Below are positions 36,468 to 49,251 of a DNA stretch of 64,000 bases, piece by piece. A program made the translations under genes and the position numbers. Position 1 is the stretch's first letter; each line of letters opens with the position of its first letter. Under the pieces are notes generated by a model. That model made no database searches. It was given only the letters and a program-made list of their open reading frames with translations, and was not told the origin of the DNA. This stretch comes from Felis catus. Taxonomy: Eukaryota. The stretch is from positions 174,470,001-174,534,000 of the forward strand of contig NC_058368.1 in assembly GCF_018350175.1 (NCBI RefSeq), in the 5' to 3' direction.

Positions 36468-36678
36468 TTTTTTTTCAACTTTTATTTATTTTTGGGACAG
36501 AGAGAGACAGAGCATGAACGGGGGAGGGGCAGAGAGAGAGGGAGACACAGAATCGGAAACAGGCTCCAGGCTCTGAGCCATCAGCCCAGAGCCCGACGCA
36601 GGGCTCGAACTCACGGACCGCGAGATCGTGACCTGGCTGAAGTCGGACGCCTAACCGACTGCGCCACCCAGGCGCCCC
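36468..36678 (-). mobile_element. Young CAN-SINE nested in the tail of an older SINE
   Basis: Near-consensus body; atattttttaa on both flanks. Confidence 0.95.
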
Positions 36679-36892
36679 AATATTTTTTAAGGTTTTTATT
36701 TTTACTCATTTTGAGAGAGAGATAGAGAGCAAGAGGGGGAGGAGCAGAGAGGCAGGGAGGCAGAATCCCAAGCATATGCCGTGCTGTCCGTGCAGAGCCC
36801 GATGCCAGGCTCGAGCTCACGAACCGTGTGATGGTGACCTGAGCCGAAATCGAGAGTCAGATGCTGAACCGACTGAAGTACCTGGGCGCCCC
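36679..36892 (-). mobile_element. Older CAN-SINE, host of the nested copy (tail remnant at 36425-36467)
   Basis: 15-bp TSD cgtattggcatttct at 36410-36424 and 36893-36907 encloses both SINEs. Confidence 0.93.
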
Positions 36893-38052
36893 CGTATTGG
36901 CATTTCTGAACTGCAAGTGTACAATCTGAAGGAAGTCAATGCCTAGACATTTGGGTCAACTTAGAATCCCCATTGTTCAGTATTTTATACCAGGATTTAA
37001 TCATTAAAATGATAACCATCCTATGAGTGTTAAAGTGGCCCAACTTCTTGTATTTGGGACTGCAGCTTTGAGTTTCAGTTTCATTGTGGACATTCTTTGT
37101 GCAGGGAGAAGCGTGGTGACCTTGTGATCTGTCCAACAAGACTTCATCACAATGGGAGGGGGGAACCCCACCTCCTAGGTCCCACCATCGCTCTAGAAGG
37201 ACATGGAAGCATTGTGCCATGTGAACCTTCACCTGGGGTCGCACATCTGGCTTCACAGCTTGAAGAGCAGGTGATGGCCCCTTGATGAGACACCCTGATG
37301 ACATTTGCACTGAGCAGATCTATTCAGCACTTACCCAAGGGTGCTAGGCGCCGATTGGCCCTAATATATTCACTTGAAGAATTTCATGTGAGTGTAAACG
37401 TGTCCAAGCCAAGCCTGGTTTTTTAAAAAGGAGCACTTTTAATCCTTCTAATGATTTTCCATGTGTCTGATGGTGCATACAGAGGTGGCAGGAGAATCCT
37501 TCCTTGGGGGTCTGCAGGGACGTGGGTCAACATGGAAGGGCACTGGAAGGCCCTAGAAGGCTTCAGTGTGCTACAGTTTGGTGAGTGGGCCAATTGGGTG
37601 TGTGCTCATCTTTGTGATGGCTTTGAAAATTACAAATGTACATGTAAGAATGATGTTTGAGTCAGACTTGTGCAGCACCTCAAACACCACCATCGTTTGG
37701 GAGCCACCAGCATAGAGGCAAAGGAACTCTTTTCCTGAATCCCGACTACTGTTTGTGAGCCATCTGAACGCGATTCCACCTCTTTAAAAGTCAGTCTTCT
37801 CGTATCTCAGCCGGGATGGCCCTTCGCGGGGTGAATGTAGCGATCCGAGGAACACAAGGTATGGAAGGTATGCTCCTGCACCCTTCCTGCACGTGGAGGG
37901 CACCCAGCAAATGCTAACTCGTCTCTCCCCGATTTTTTAAAATCCCAGTTTCCTAGAATCGAGGTAGTGCCAAGGCTGTGAGGACCACAGCAGAAAAAAA
38001 ATCCATGTCACGTCTGCTATCAGCCTCCTGGGGTCTTCTGGGACCAGGAAAA

Positions 38053-38239
38053 CGCGGTGCTCAAAGAGTGGTGGCTGTCAGCCCTGCCCGGCCAGAAATC
38101 ACATAGGGAGTTCTGAAAAAATGCCCACCCCCCAGAGGATCTGATCTCATGGTCTAGGACGGGGACACTGCCTAGACGCCGGCAGTTCTTAGAGGTCTCC
38201 AGGTAATTCTGCCGTGCGGTCAGCGTTGAGAACCACTGC
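38053..38239. mobile_element. hAT-Charlie MITE (MER5B-like)
   Basis: aatcacatagggagttctgaaaaaatgccc...ccaggtaattct...gttgagaaccactg terminal repeat. Confidence 0.7.
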
Positions 38240-38856
38240 TCTAGACCGAGGGCATTCTGCCATGGTTTCGGCACAACGCTCCGGGCTCATCTTGTCTCCT
38301 CCCCAGTCCTCTGCAGGAGTGTAATTTGTTCTCCGAATTATTCCCATGGCCAATCCCCCTGGCAAGGTGCCACTGCCACCATATGCTGCGCCAGGTGCCT
38401 CTCCTTCTCCGTTCTGAGCCTCTACAGCTCCTCCCTGAGCTCCTACAGCAAGATGCTTGGCGCGTTCACTGAATGCCTGGAGGAAAGCTCCAAGTGCCTC
38501 CTGTAGGCTAAAGCCAAATCTGGGATCCTACAGTGCAAAGGAACATGCTTAACACACTCCTGCTTACTCTGCAGGGGGAAGTAACAGAATGGAGAATGAA
38601 AGAGGAAGGACTATGGGCTTTACACGGCCGGAGGTGGCAACCAAGTCACGTCTGGCCACACGCTGCACTCTCACCTCCAGTCACTCATGGAAGGTCTTCT
38701 GAGCTGAGCTTGAGGGAGAGGGCATTTGCCTGTGCCTCCGGGAGACAGAGGAGTATTCATGGAAGAGGTGACACATGATCGGGGTTTGGAGGAGGTACTA
38801 GAGATTGGCCGGATGTTGGACGACATGTGAATAAAGACCAAGAGTGATCCGCCTGA

Positions 38857-38987
38857 GGGGCGCCTGCGTGGCTCAGTCGGTGGGGCGTCCGACTTCTGCT
38901 CCGGTCACGATCTCCCAGTTCGTGAGGTCCAGCCCCGCGTCGGGCTCTGTGCTGACGGCTCGGAGCCCGGAGCCTGCTTTGGCTTCT
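38857..38987 (+). mobile_element. CAN-SINE lacking its 3' half
   Basis: Intact head through ggagcctgctttggcttct, then unrelated sequence; no CT tract, tail or TSD. Confidence 0.9.
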
Positions 38988-39059
38988 CGGTCGAACTGAA
39001 CAGCCACGTTGCGTGTGCAGAAATCATATCATGTGGAAAAGTGACGGGGAGGCCAGCAG

Positions 39060-39444
39060 TGCATGGGTCAGAGCGGGTCGGGTCACGTTGCAGTAACAAA
39101 TAGCCTTCAAATCTCAGCAGCCAAACACAACACATGTCTACATCTCACTTGTGCTAAAGATCAGTCATGGGTCAATGGCAGTGGAGAAGGTCTCTACATT
39201 GTCCTGAAGGTGATGGACCCTCTACCACCTGGATCATCATCATCATTCACTGTGGCAAAGGGACAGGAAAGTGATGAATGGACTGGATTTGATGGGTCTC
39301 TGTGACCCTCCCACTCCCCTGCCATTGGCCAAAGCCAGCCACATGGCCTTGAATAATTTGAAGACAGCGGGAAAGTATAATCCTTCCAGAGGTACAAAAA
39401 GAGAGGAATTGGAGGCACGGGTAAATAACTTTGATGGCCACCAC
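39060..39444 (-). mobile_element. MaLR LTR (MLT1K-like)
   Basis: ttgcagtaacaaatagccttcaaatctcag...ccattggccaaagccagccacatggcc...gggaaagtataatcct. Confidence 0.72.
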
Positions 39445-41054
39445 ACGGAGGAAGGACCTTAAATATCTCACTAGGGAGATTGGATTGGATCTTGAAGGAA
39501 GAGGGGAACAGGCCAAGGTTTGTAAGTGGGAGAGCCGTGGTTAGAACTGCAGTTACACAGAACTGGGCTGGAGAAGAACACTTATTCCTTTGCCTTTTTC
39601 TCTCTTACTGCTTTTTAGATCTGTCTGTTTGCATAAAAGTCACAATATTTACCTGCTCTCTGCCTTTTTGTGAGCTTAGCGGAAAAGACTGCCCTCTAAT
39701 CACCTACCCTGCTGTTTTGAGGTTCCAGGTAATTCGGGAGATCATTGACAGCCTGCTTGCCCCCACGTCTAAGCCCTGTCCTCCAGCCTAGCTTTTAGCA
39801 AAAGGAACAAAGCTGACGTGTTAATCACCATCTGGCTTTTGAACCTATTTCTCAATTGATGGGTTCTTCACTTAGTCGGGGAACAAAGAAAGGGGCTTTC
39901 TCAAACTCCAAGATGGGTTGGAAGGACAGAGAGAAAAGAGAAAGGAAGACCAGGAAGAAGTTGTGAACAGAGGCTGGGCAGGGTAAAAAAAAAAAAAAAA
40001 AAAAGGTCACAAAACAAAACAAAAACAGGGCGGAAGAAGGAAAGAATTCATGAGAGAGATTTTAGAGTGGGCAGAATGTGGGAGTGAAGGGGAGGAGCCC
40101 AGGACCCAGGCTGCCCCAGTCTTCGATGCCAAGAGGTTAAGTAAGACAGACCCTGGAAAGGTTACTTTACCTCCCTCGGCTTCGTTGATCAACTCTAAAA
40201 TGAGACCAAATGAACAGAACCCAAATTATAGCGTCCTCTTGAGAAACAAAGGGAGCGAATTCAGGGCAAGTGTTGAGCATAGTTGATAATTAGAGTTTTG
40301 CATATAGAAGTTACAACTGATTTGCATTCAATGTGTGTGAAGATATTTGGACTCCTTAAAATTGAAAGGCCATATCCTCACTCCAACTAGTCTCCTTATC
40401 TTTTGCCTCTTGTCCCTAAAATCAAATTCCTGCTGCTAAAGAGATCTGGTGGCTTGGTACAAATGAATAGAAGGAACACATTTCCTCCTATCTTTCTCCT
40501 TCTTGTCCTTTCTGTGGCTCAAAGTCTATTTTTTCCTTGGAACTTTAGTAAACTTTTTCTTATTTTCATTCTCACTGGACTGATTTTTATTATTGTTATA
40601 ATTTCTACTTCCTTCAGCCTCCTCCTGTTGGCCCAGGTCACGATCTTTCCACGAGTTCCTCAATGGATTATTACGACATTTGCTCGTGGTGGTCGTTTGG
40701 GGGGGATAAAGTGAGATGGTCTCACAAGATTATTTTGTGCCCCCCACTGGACTATGGCATGTATTTTTTAATATTCTCTGAATGCAGGTGGAGCAAGGCT
40801 TATTTTCACGTCAGAATCTTCATTTTTTAAAATTCTACGGACGTTTACCTTTGGCGGGGTGAAGGTTTCTTCAATTCATACACCTTGGTTTTATTTTCTT
40901 GTGCCCTACGGATTCCTACACATGTGAACCTGAGCCTCTGGCTAAAAGCCAACATTCCATTTGCGGGGCTGGAAATAATAAAAAAATTATTTAATTTTTC
41001 ATGATTATTAAATTAATTTAATATATTAAATTAACACAAATATATTAATATTCC

Positions 41055-41410
41055 GCTTGCAAGGAAGCAAGAGAAACTGGGTTGGGCTGAGAGGGGAGAC
41101 GGGATGCAATGCGGGTACAACAGTGGCTTCAGGTGATCCCATGGGGAGCTAGGGAGTCGGGATGGCCCTGCAGAGATGTCCTCCATTGAGGTAAGGGGTC
41201 TTTGGATCGCCACATCACCGGTAGTTAGATATGGCCGCGTTAAGGAAGAAGACAAGATATTGGGTGAAGAGGCTCTTTTCAGCGAAGAAACAATTTCTGG
41301 AGAGGGACACATCTCTGAGCCCCCAGTACCACCATTCCCAGGTTGGGGGCAGTGAGTGCCTTGGTCCTGAAGGGGGAACCTGGATGGAACACCCCAGTAC
41401 ATGCGATGTG
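41055..41410 (-). mobile_element. ERVL LTR (LTR33A-like), truncated
   Basis: gatcccatggggagct...gggatggccctgcagag...tgagtgccttggtcctgaaggggg. Confidence 0.65.
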
Positions 41411-41486
41411 GGGCATTTCTTCATAATTATAACACCGCTGGGACGGCTAGAAAAGGTTGACTGAATTCTTTTTCTCTGGGTGTGAT

Positions 41487-42158
41487 TTTTTGAGTTGCTT
41501 AGGGTACAAACTCGGCGGCTTAAAACAACAAATTTTTTGCCTCACAGTTCTGGAGGCTAGAAGTCCAAAATCAAGGTGCTGGCAAAGCCATGCTCTCTCT
41601 AAAGATCCCAGGAGATGAATTTTTCTTTCCTTTCTCCTAGCTTCTGGTGGTTGCTGGCAATCTTTGATGTTCCTTGGCTTGTAGATGCTTCACCCCAATC
41701 TCTACCTGTGTCATCACATGGCATGTTCCCTGTGTGTCGCTGTGTGCAAATTTCCCTCTTTGTACAAGGACACCAGTCATTGGATTAGGTTGCACCGTAA
41801 TCCAGTATGACCTTATTTTTTTTTTTCAACGTTTATTTATTTTTGGGATAGAGAGAGACAGAGCATGAACGGGGGAGGGGCAGAGAGAGAGGGAGACACA
41901 GAATCGGAAACAGGCTCCAGGCTCTGAGCCATCAGCCCAGAGCCTGACGCGGGGCTCGAACTCATGGACCGCGAGATCGTGACCTGGCTGAAGTCGGACG
42001 CTTAACCGACTGCGCCACCCAGGCGCCCCAGTATGACCTTATTTTAATTGATTACTTTTGCAAAGGCTCGACTTCCAAATAAGGTAATAGCTATAGGTTC
42101 CTGGGGTTACAACTTCAATATATTTGGGGCAGGGGGGTGCAGAATTCAACCCATAGCA
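41487..42158 (-). mobile_element. MaLR LTR (MLT1C-like), interrupted by a young SINE
   Basis: ctcacagttctggaggctagaagtccaaaatcaaggtg...aaggacaccagtcattggattagg...aattcaacccatagca. Confidence 0.9.
41820..42029 (-). mobile_element. Young CAN-SINE (SINEC_Fc-like)
   Basis: 16-bp TSD agtatgaccttatttt at 41804-41819 and 42030-42045. Confidence 0.97.
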
Positions 42159-42299
42159 GCCACTAGTTGAGTAAATATACTAATTCATCTATCCAGACCA
42201 CATCGCCCCATCTTGCTCATAGAGGTATATCTATACAGGTGTATCTATATATCCCTCTATACTTCATAAAGGTCTATATGGAGAGGTATATTAAAGATA

Positions 42300-42650
42300 C
42301 TTCCATTTCCACTGTCCTTTATCAGGTCTAATTATCTCTCTCCCGGACTATTGTAGAGTCTCTGCTGTTCGTCATCCAGTCCCTTGTCTCCTCATTACCC
42401 TAAGGGACCCTTTTAAGACCCAGTTTTGATTGCGTAACTAGGCTACTCCAAACCCGTCAGTGGTTTTCGGTGACTTACGTCATGAAATACACTCTCTACT
42501 TTGATATTCGAGGTCTTGTGTTACCTGAGCTTGTTGACCTATAGAGCCTCGTTTCTGACTGGTGTTTACTTTGAACTTTACACTAAAAAATAGTAAGTTG
42601 CTTCTGTGGGCCTAGCACACAATAGGCACTCGATAAATGGCAGTTCTCTC
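42300..42650 (+). mobile_element. L2 LINE fragment
   Basis: atctctctcccggactattgtag...gcctagcacacaataggcactcgataaatg. Confidence 0.6.
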
Positions 42651-44125
42651 TCTTTCTACACTTTGCAAAGACTTTCCTCCTCCAACGATCTAATGGAATT
42701 TCCACGTTCAACTGGTGATGTAGGTATTTTCATAGGTAGTGGATGTAGTTGATGAGGATACTGAAAGTCAGAGAGGAGAAATAACTGACCAGCTAATGGT
42801 GAAGCCAGGAGTCATACCCGGATTTGTGACTTCCAGTATGGGGTCCTTTCTGGTGTCTCTGCAGTTCATACTGATAAACTTGACCTCCCATACATTTAAA
42901 CTTGTTGCCTGTTTCTCATACCAATTTTTGTGCAAGCTGCAAAGATTGAATGAGGGGACAGATCTCTCCTATGTCACACCAGGAACAGAAATAATTGTGG
43001 AGGAAGAGATAGATTTTCACAAATTGGGATACAGTGAACGTTTAAGATAAAGATGCATCTGAACTTGGGGAGACTACATGCCTCTCGTAACGTCTCCCTT
43101 ATTAAAAGATAAATGCATATCATTAAATGTCCCCTCACTGAATATCAGGAAGGCACAGTTGGCCCCAGGGATTGAATAAAAGCATCAGTTGATGTCTATG
43201 TTTCTTTAAGATACAGCTGTGTGAGTCAGAGGTGCTATGCCAGGTGTTACAGAGGTTCCCATGGCAACCTCATCTTTAATTTGCTTCCTGAATAGCACTG
43301 TTAATGACTTTGAGTCAACATCCATTCGAGATTCTCCATTTTAAAGGTTCTCTTCCATTGTAAGATGCAGTTATGCATCTCCACATAGAGAGGAGAGTTG
43401 AACAATTTCTGGAGGAATTGGGAAAAGATGCACCCTTCTTCTGATTTGAACTATTTGCCTTGTCCTATAATTACTATGACTATTCAAATGATCCTAGGTT
43501 CACTTTACTCTCAACTTGTTTTTTTCTTACTAGAAGCAGTGGAAGACACTTTAGACCCTCACTCACATGAAGGAGACATTTCTAGAAATTATTTCCCGAA
43601 AAGCCAGATCAGGCAACCAAGGTAGAAAATATTGCAATGTTTGGGCAATCAAGAGGGAGTATATACAAAGTATCTACAAGAGGGAGTAAGAGTAGCAGTG
43701 AGGGAGGTCATGTTTCATATTTCGCAGACCATGGGAAGGGGTTGGAATGCACTAAACATGGTAACTGCTCAGTCTTGGGTGGTGCTGAATCGCCCATTCC
43801 TTCTGATAATACCATAGGAGAAAAACTTGGCAGTGGACTTCTTATTGACAAAGATCTTCCACAAAGATATCTCTGTAGACAACTGCATGCTGTTCTCCTT
43901 GGTCAATGTTTTCTTCTAAGACTGGCCCTTAATGTCTCCTAAGTGGATTGCGGTCATTGGACTCCAGCTGAGGCAAGGACAGTGGACAGGGATGTGTATG
44001 AGGAACCAGGAAACCTGATTCTTGTTAGAACTTGGTCACTCATTGGCTCTGTGGCTTGGGTAAAGTCGCTCAACTTTCTTTATTTATGAACTTGAATTAA
44101 TAATATTTCTAGACTCTGACCTTTT

Positions 44126-44347
44126 TTTTTTTTAATTTTTTTTTCAACATTTCTTTATTTTTGGGACAGAGAGAGACAGAGCATGAACGGGGGAGGGGCA
44201 GAGAGAGAGGGAGACACAGAATCAGAAACAGGCTCCAGGCTCTGAGCCATCAGCCCAGAGCCTGATGCGGGGCTCGAACTCACGGACCGCGAGATCGTGG
44301 CCTGGCTGAAGTCGGATGCTTAACCGACTGCGCCACCCAGGTGCCCC
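44126..44347 (-). mobile_element. Young CAN-SINE
   Basis: 16-bp TSD tagactctgacctttt at 44110-44125 and 44348-44363. Confidence 0.97.
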
Positions 44348-44552
44348 TAGACTCTGACCTTTTAAAGTAACGTTAAGAGATTTCCATCCAAGGAAATCAT
44401 GGTTGCATTTATCGTGTACATAAACAGTCATCAGGGCCATTCATTCATTCTTTCATTCATTCACCAAGAGCAATGGAACAGTGGTTAGTGCTGCGGTCAA
44501 GACTGGCCGACCTGGGTTTGACTTCACTTCTCAAAGTCTGTTTCTTTATTTT

Positions 44553-44789
44553 TCTTTATTTTTATTATTATTAGTTTTGGAATCTTTATTTTTGAGAGAG
44601 AGAGACAGAGTGTGAGCAGGGGAGGAGCAGAGAGAGAGGGAGACACGGAATTCAAAGCAGGCTCCAGGCCCTGAGCTGTCAGCCCAGACCCCGACGTGGG
44701 GCTCAAACTCACGAACGACGAGATCATGACCTGAGCCGAAGTCGACGCTCAACCGACGGAGCCCCCCAGGCTCACCCCCACCAGGCCCC
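44553..44789 (-). mobile_element. CAN-SINE inserted in a MIR (MIR at about 44470-44940)
   Basis: Full body; flanks tgtttctttatttt and tgtttccttatttt; MIR resumes at taaattggggtcaaaatagtaact. Confidence 0.92.
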
Positions 44790-45748
44790 ATGTTTCCTTA
44801 TTTTTAAATTGGGGTCAAAAATAGTAACTTCCAGAGGGGTATTGGGAAGATTAAATAAGAGAATGCACATAAAACGTGTAGCACGGTGCCTGCTCATCAC
44901 AGATGCCCAAGGGATCTTTGCTGAATGCATGACTGGGAACATCCACTGAGTAGCTGCTTCATTCAAGGCTCTTTCTGAAGTCCTGATGTTAGAGAGGACT
45001 CAGACATGATCCTGGCCTTAGTGACAGTCCACTAATCCTTGCCCTAGTCACTGACTAGGCCTACGGCACTAAATGGCCTACCGCACTTACACTTAGGGTT
45101 ATGTGCAAGTGTTATGAATACGAACAGGGCTGCAACGGACGTCTTTGAGTGTAAGCTCAGAGTTCATTTCAGAGTGCAGGTCCTTAAGCTAAATTCCTGG
45201 AAGTGGAACTGGTGAGTCCAAGGGTGTGATTCACACACCACACCAGAGGCGAGGTGGGGGGGGGGGTCCCGAGAGTGCTAAAAAGGGCAAATGGCACTTG
45301 ACCTGAGCAGATGGAAAAGGACAGTGAGTGAAGTCTTCTGGTTGAGTGCGAAAGGATGAGGTAACACAACCAAGAATAGTGGGAGATAAGCCCCATGATC
45401 GCTGCTGTTTTACAGATGGGGAAACAGAGACAGAAGAGGCCTGGAAATCCGTGGAATCCATGCAGTGTTCCACAGTGAGCATGGAGTGCAGCTGTCCTAA
45501 CTAGGGCTATTTAATTCTGCTCACCGTGTGGTTGGGGAGAGGGGTAACGACGAGTAGATGGGAAAAGGAGGGAACGGGAAAGGAAATTCCAAACAGAAGG
45601 AACAGCATGTGCAAAGATAAGAGGGTCTTAAAAGTCAGTTCCGGAAAGGTAGGAGACATTTATTGTTGTGAAAAGTAGGAATAGTCCCCACCGGAACCCT
45701 TCTGGGGAACGGCTGACTGTCTCCAAATTATTTAAAAATTGATTCTCA

Positions 45749-45919
45749 GGGGCGCCCGGGTGGCTCAGTCGGATAAGCGTCCGATGTCGGCCGAGGTCAT
45801 GATCTCACAGTTCGTGGGTTCGAGCCCCGCATCTGGCTCTGTGCTGACAGCTCAGAGCCTGGAGCCTGCTTTGGATTCTGTGTTTCCTTCCCTCTCTCTC
45901 TGCCCCTCTCCTGCTTGTG

Positions 45920-45951
<32 letters not shown>

Positions 45952-45978
45952 CTCTCAAAAATAAATAAAGAAACATTT
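45749..45978 (+). mobile_element. CAN-SINE
   Basis: Full body with long (CT)n; degenerate TSD aaaaattgattct / aaaaagtggttct. Confidence 0.95.
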
Positions 45979-47059
45979 AAAAAGTGGTTCTGAAAAATCC
46001 CAGCAAAAGCCACTCTGTTCCTTTGTTGTTCAGATAAATTGAGACAGGCGCTTTGAAAAATGCAAGATTCTACAAAAGTATGACTATTTGTGACTATTGA
46101 GGACAAACTGGAAGGGATTCAATTTATACTCAGTTTAATTAATTTACTTTGACTTGCCCATATGGTTCTCACACTAGCTGTTAGCATGCTCCTGGCTGGT
46201 GAATAATTATTTTGTAGATGGGGTATCTGCGGCTCGCCTGGCCCACGGCTCAGTGCTTCATGAATAGTGTTTCTAATCCTTTTAATTACATTCCAAGGTA
46301 GATGTTTTCAACCCCAGTCCACGGATAGATAAATGGAGCTCAGACATGCTGGATGGTTTTCCCCATGGCCCGGTGTGGTAGCGTGGGGAACAGGGGACAT
46401 GGTCCGGATTCCCAGAGCCGGCCAGAGAAGGGACTGAGGTGCCTCTAACTTCTCCCATGAGCCCAGAGCTGCCTCTCTGCCCCTCAGTTACACCAGAAGG
46501 CTATCCTGACCTTCACGTCTTCCACGGCTAACATCCTGCACGGTCCTCCAGCACTGCCACGTTCACATCTCCACCTGCCCGCCAGCCCCACAGATGGCCC
46601 ATGGGAGAGCTGGAGTTTGGGCACAAACGTGCCTAATCCGATGCCACTTTCTTGCCTCCAGCCCTCTGATCATGTGGTTCCCTCCACCGAGACCACCTTC
46701 TCTCTGTATTGTCTGTTGAAACACCGTGGGGCAGAAGTAATCGGCCCTTCTCAGAACCTTTTCCTGTCCCTTTCTGAAGTCACTTTCCCCCTTGTTGTTG
46801 TTGACTGTGGGTGCTTCTTAAGTTGCCCGCCTGTCTATTCCTTGAAGTAACCGAGGTGTTCCATACCCTTGGCCAAGCCCACAGAGGCGGTATGTGTTAG
46901 ATAAACATAAAATGCCCATTCTATCTTTGTGGCTGGGCTCAGTTACCCCCTTACACTCGGGCCAGATTTGTCCTGTAAGGTAGAAATCCTGAGGCCTGCC
47001 ACATAATACTTACCAAGTGGATCCAGCCAGATCGGTCTTTCTGGCGATAAGCTATGACC

Positions 47060-47430
47060 GATTCTTGGTGTGTTCCAAGCCCTATGTCACATACTGGGGA
47101 CTCAGCAATGAGTGATACGTTGCGCCTGCCCCTAAGGAGCTCAGGGTGAGAGAGTGGTGGGGGGGATTGGCAGAGGGAGCTAGAGAGTCAATGATTGCTG
47201 TCCACGGTGACTTTGAGTGCACTGGCACAGGTCACCTCATCCAACCCGGCACAGGAGGTGTCCCGGAAAGATTCTCAGGAGAGGTGGCCTTTAGCTGAAC
47301 TGCGACGGAGCAGAATACGTTGAAGAGGTATGGGGGAGGGGTCCTTGAGTATTTGAGGTGGAGAAAACAGCATTATGAAGGAGCCCTGGGGGGTGGATCA
47401 TCCTGGTGCATTTGAACTACCTGATGTCGC
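47060..47430 (-). mobile_element. L2 LINE fragment
   Basis: ctgggggactcagcaatgag...cctgcccctaaggagctcag...caggagaggtggcctttagctgaa. Confidence 0.6.
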
Positions 47431-48393
47431 TAACGGTAAAGTAGAAGGAAGATCAGATAATGTCCAAAGATCCTTGAAAAACTCTGACCGGATAGATGGA
47501 GCATTTCTTATACCTCTCCCCTCAACAATAACTTACATTTCAAGCACAAAATGGATTGTAGAAAGAAGTGAATATTTACTCTCCATCATCTACAAACACC
47601 CGTGCAAAGTTTTCATGGGGCTGACGCCTTTCTCGGATTTTGAGCTTGAAGATCTTGTTTAAAAGACTAGTCAGTTTCGTATGAGGACTGGTCTCATTGA
47701 GCATTCTGAGGGAAGGAAGATACTTCTCATGGACATCAACATTCTCATATCTTATCTCATGTATTTAGACCACTTTTTTTTTTTCTTTTAAATGAGAGTA
47801 TGCATTTTTGCTCCAGGATCTCAGCGTAAGTAGAAGTGTTGAACGCTAATGCTTTCCAAATAACTCCCGAATCACACTTGCTTTAAGACAGAAACCATTT
47901 CCTATTCAATGACATATTATGAAAGAGAGTTGCATGCCCCACAGACTGAGCCAGCCAGGCACCCCAGCATCTTGTGTTTTAATCTTCACAGTGGCCGTAA
48001 GAACTGCTTATTACTTCTGGGCGGCTCAGCAGCGTCACTTTGGAAGTGATAGATTAAGTCTGTGCAGCACCGCGCCCAGCGCTCTTTCTGCCACGTTAAC
48101 TCTTGTAGCGGACATTGTTTTGTTTGCCCACAATATCCCTTTTCCTCCAATAGCAGACACCTGATTTCCCTCTGAGGACCCATCTCTCTTTCATTCTCAA
48201 GTCTGTTCATCTGGGTCCAGCTGATTCTAAAACTCAGCCCTAGAGGTGGGCATGTGTCCCATGCCTGGTCAATCAGTGTCTCATATTTCACTTGGCCACG
48301 GGAATTGGCTCAGGGACTGTCCTGTGATCCAGGCCAGGGCACTGAGACACAATTCTGAGATTCTGATGAAACCATTGGGAAAGAGAAATTCTT

Positions 48394-48612
48394 GGGGCGC
48401 CTGGGTGGCTCAGTTGGTTGGGCGACCGGCTTCGACTCAGGTCATGATCTCACTGTTCGTGAGTTTGAACCCTGCGTCGGGCTCTGTGCTGACAGCTCGG
48501 AGCCCGGAGCCTGCTTTGGATTCTGTGTCTCCCTCTCTCTCTGCCCCTCCCCTGTTGGCACTGTCTCTCTCTGTCTCTCAAAAATAAATAAACATTTAAA
48601 AATTTTTTAAAA
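48394..48612 (+). mobile_element. CAN-SINE
   Basis: Full body with aataaataaacattt tail; aaagagaaa on both flanks. Confidence 0.95.
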
Positions 48613-48746
48613 AAAGAGAAAGAAGTTATTTTTCACGAGAATTGTTCGTTGTAGAGATACCGTAAGCCTTGAGATGCCAGACCACACAGAGGATTTGGCT
48701 AAAGACGGCACTAACACAGAGGGAAATCGAACCAGGAGGTGGGGGA

Positions 48747-48849
48747 TAAGGTGACCAACCTGTTTCGGTTTGCCTGGGACTTTAGCACTGAAGGTCCCCA
48801 TCATGGGAAACCCTCATTCCCTAGCAAACTAAGACTGCTGGTCACCTTA
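48747..48849. mobile_element. hAT-Blackjack MITE (MER81-like)
   Basis: Perfect 11-bp terminal inverted repeats taaggtgacca / tggtcacctta; internal ggtttgcctgggactttagcactgaa. Confidence 0.85.
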
Positions 48850-49251
48850 TGGAGAAAGACATCAAGTTTTGGTATACTTTTTTAGTCTTATGGATTGAGC
48901 CATGACTGACCGCTGAGTACACGTGGACTTTTCTGTGACATTTAAACCAAGATGTTTCCTTTTCTGCTAAAGCCAGATAGAGTTGGTTTCTATCACTCGT
49001 AATTGAGAGGATCCTCATTAATACATGGGGCCAAATTCAAGGTTTCGAACCTTCTCACAGGAGCCTAGAGGGTTTTGTAAGAAAACGAGGGAAGGCAAGA
49101 CACAGAATGTTACCAGAGAGGGGTTCAAGAATGTTCCTTTAACGCAAGTGTTGTAGGAATTCCAAGGCAAGGAATGTCAGGGAGGAGACTAGGTTTTAAT
49201 AGGATTTTGAATAAAGTTCAAGATCGGAGTTGCACCAAGAAGGAGAGAAGT

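Larger units (their letters stand above)
48104..49025 (+). mobile_element. MaLR LTR (MLT1J-like) containing a SINE and a MER81
   Basis: Starts tgtagcggaca, contains gggcatgtgtcccatgcctggtcaatcag, ends ggtttctatcactcgtaattgagaggatcctcattaataca. Confidence 0.75.

Noticed and set aside
45043..45059. Palindrome CCTAGTCA-C-TGACTAGG
   Set aside because: 8-bp arms are within chance expectation.
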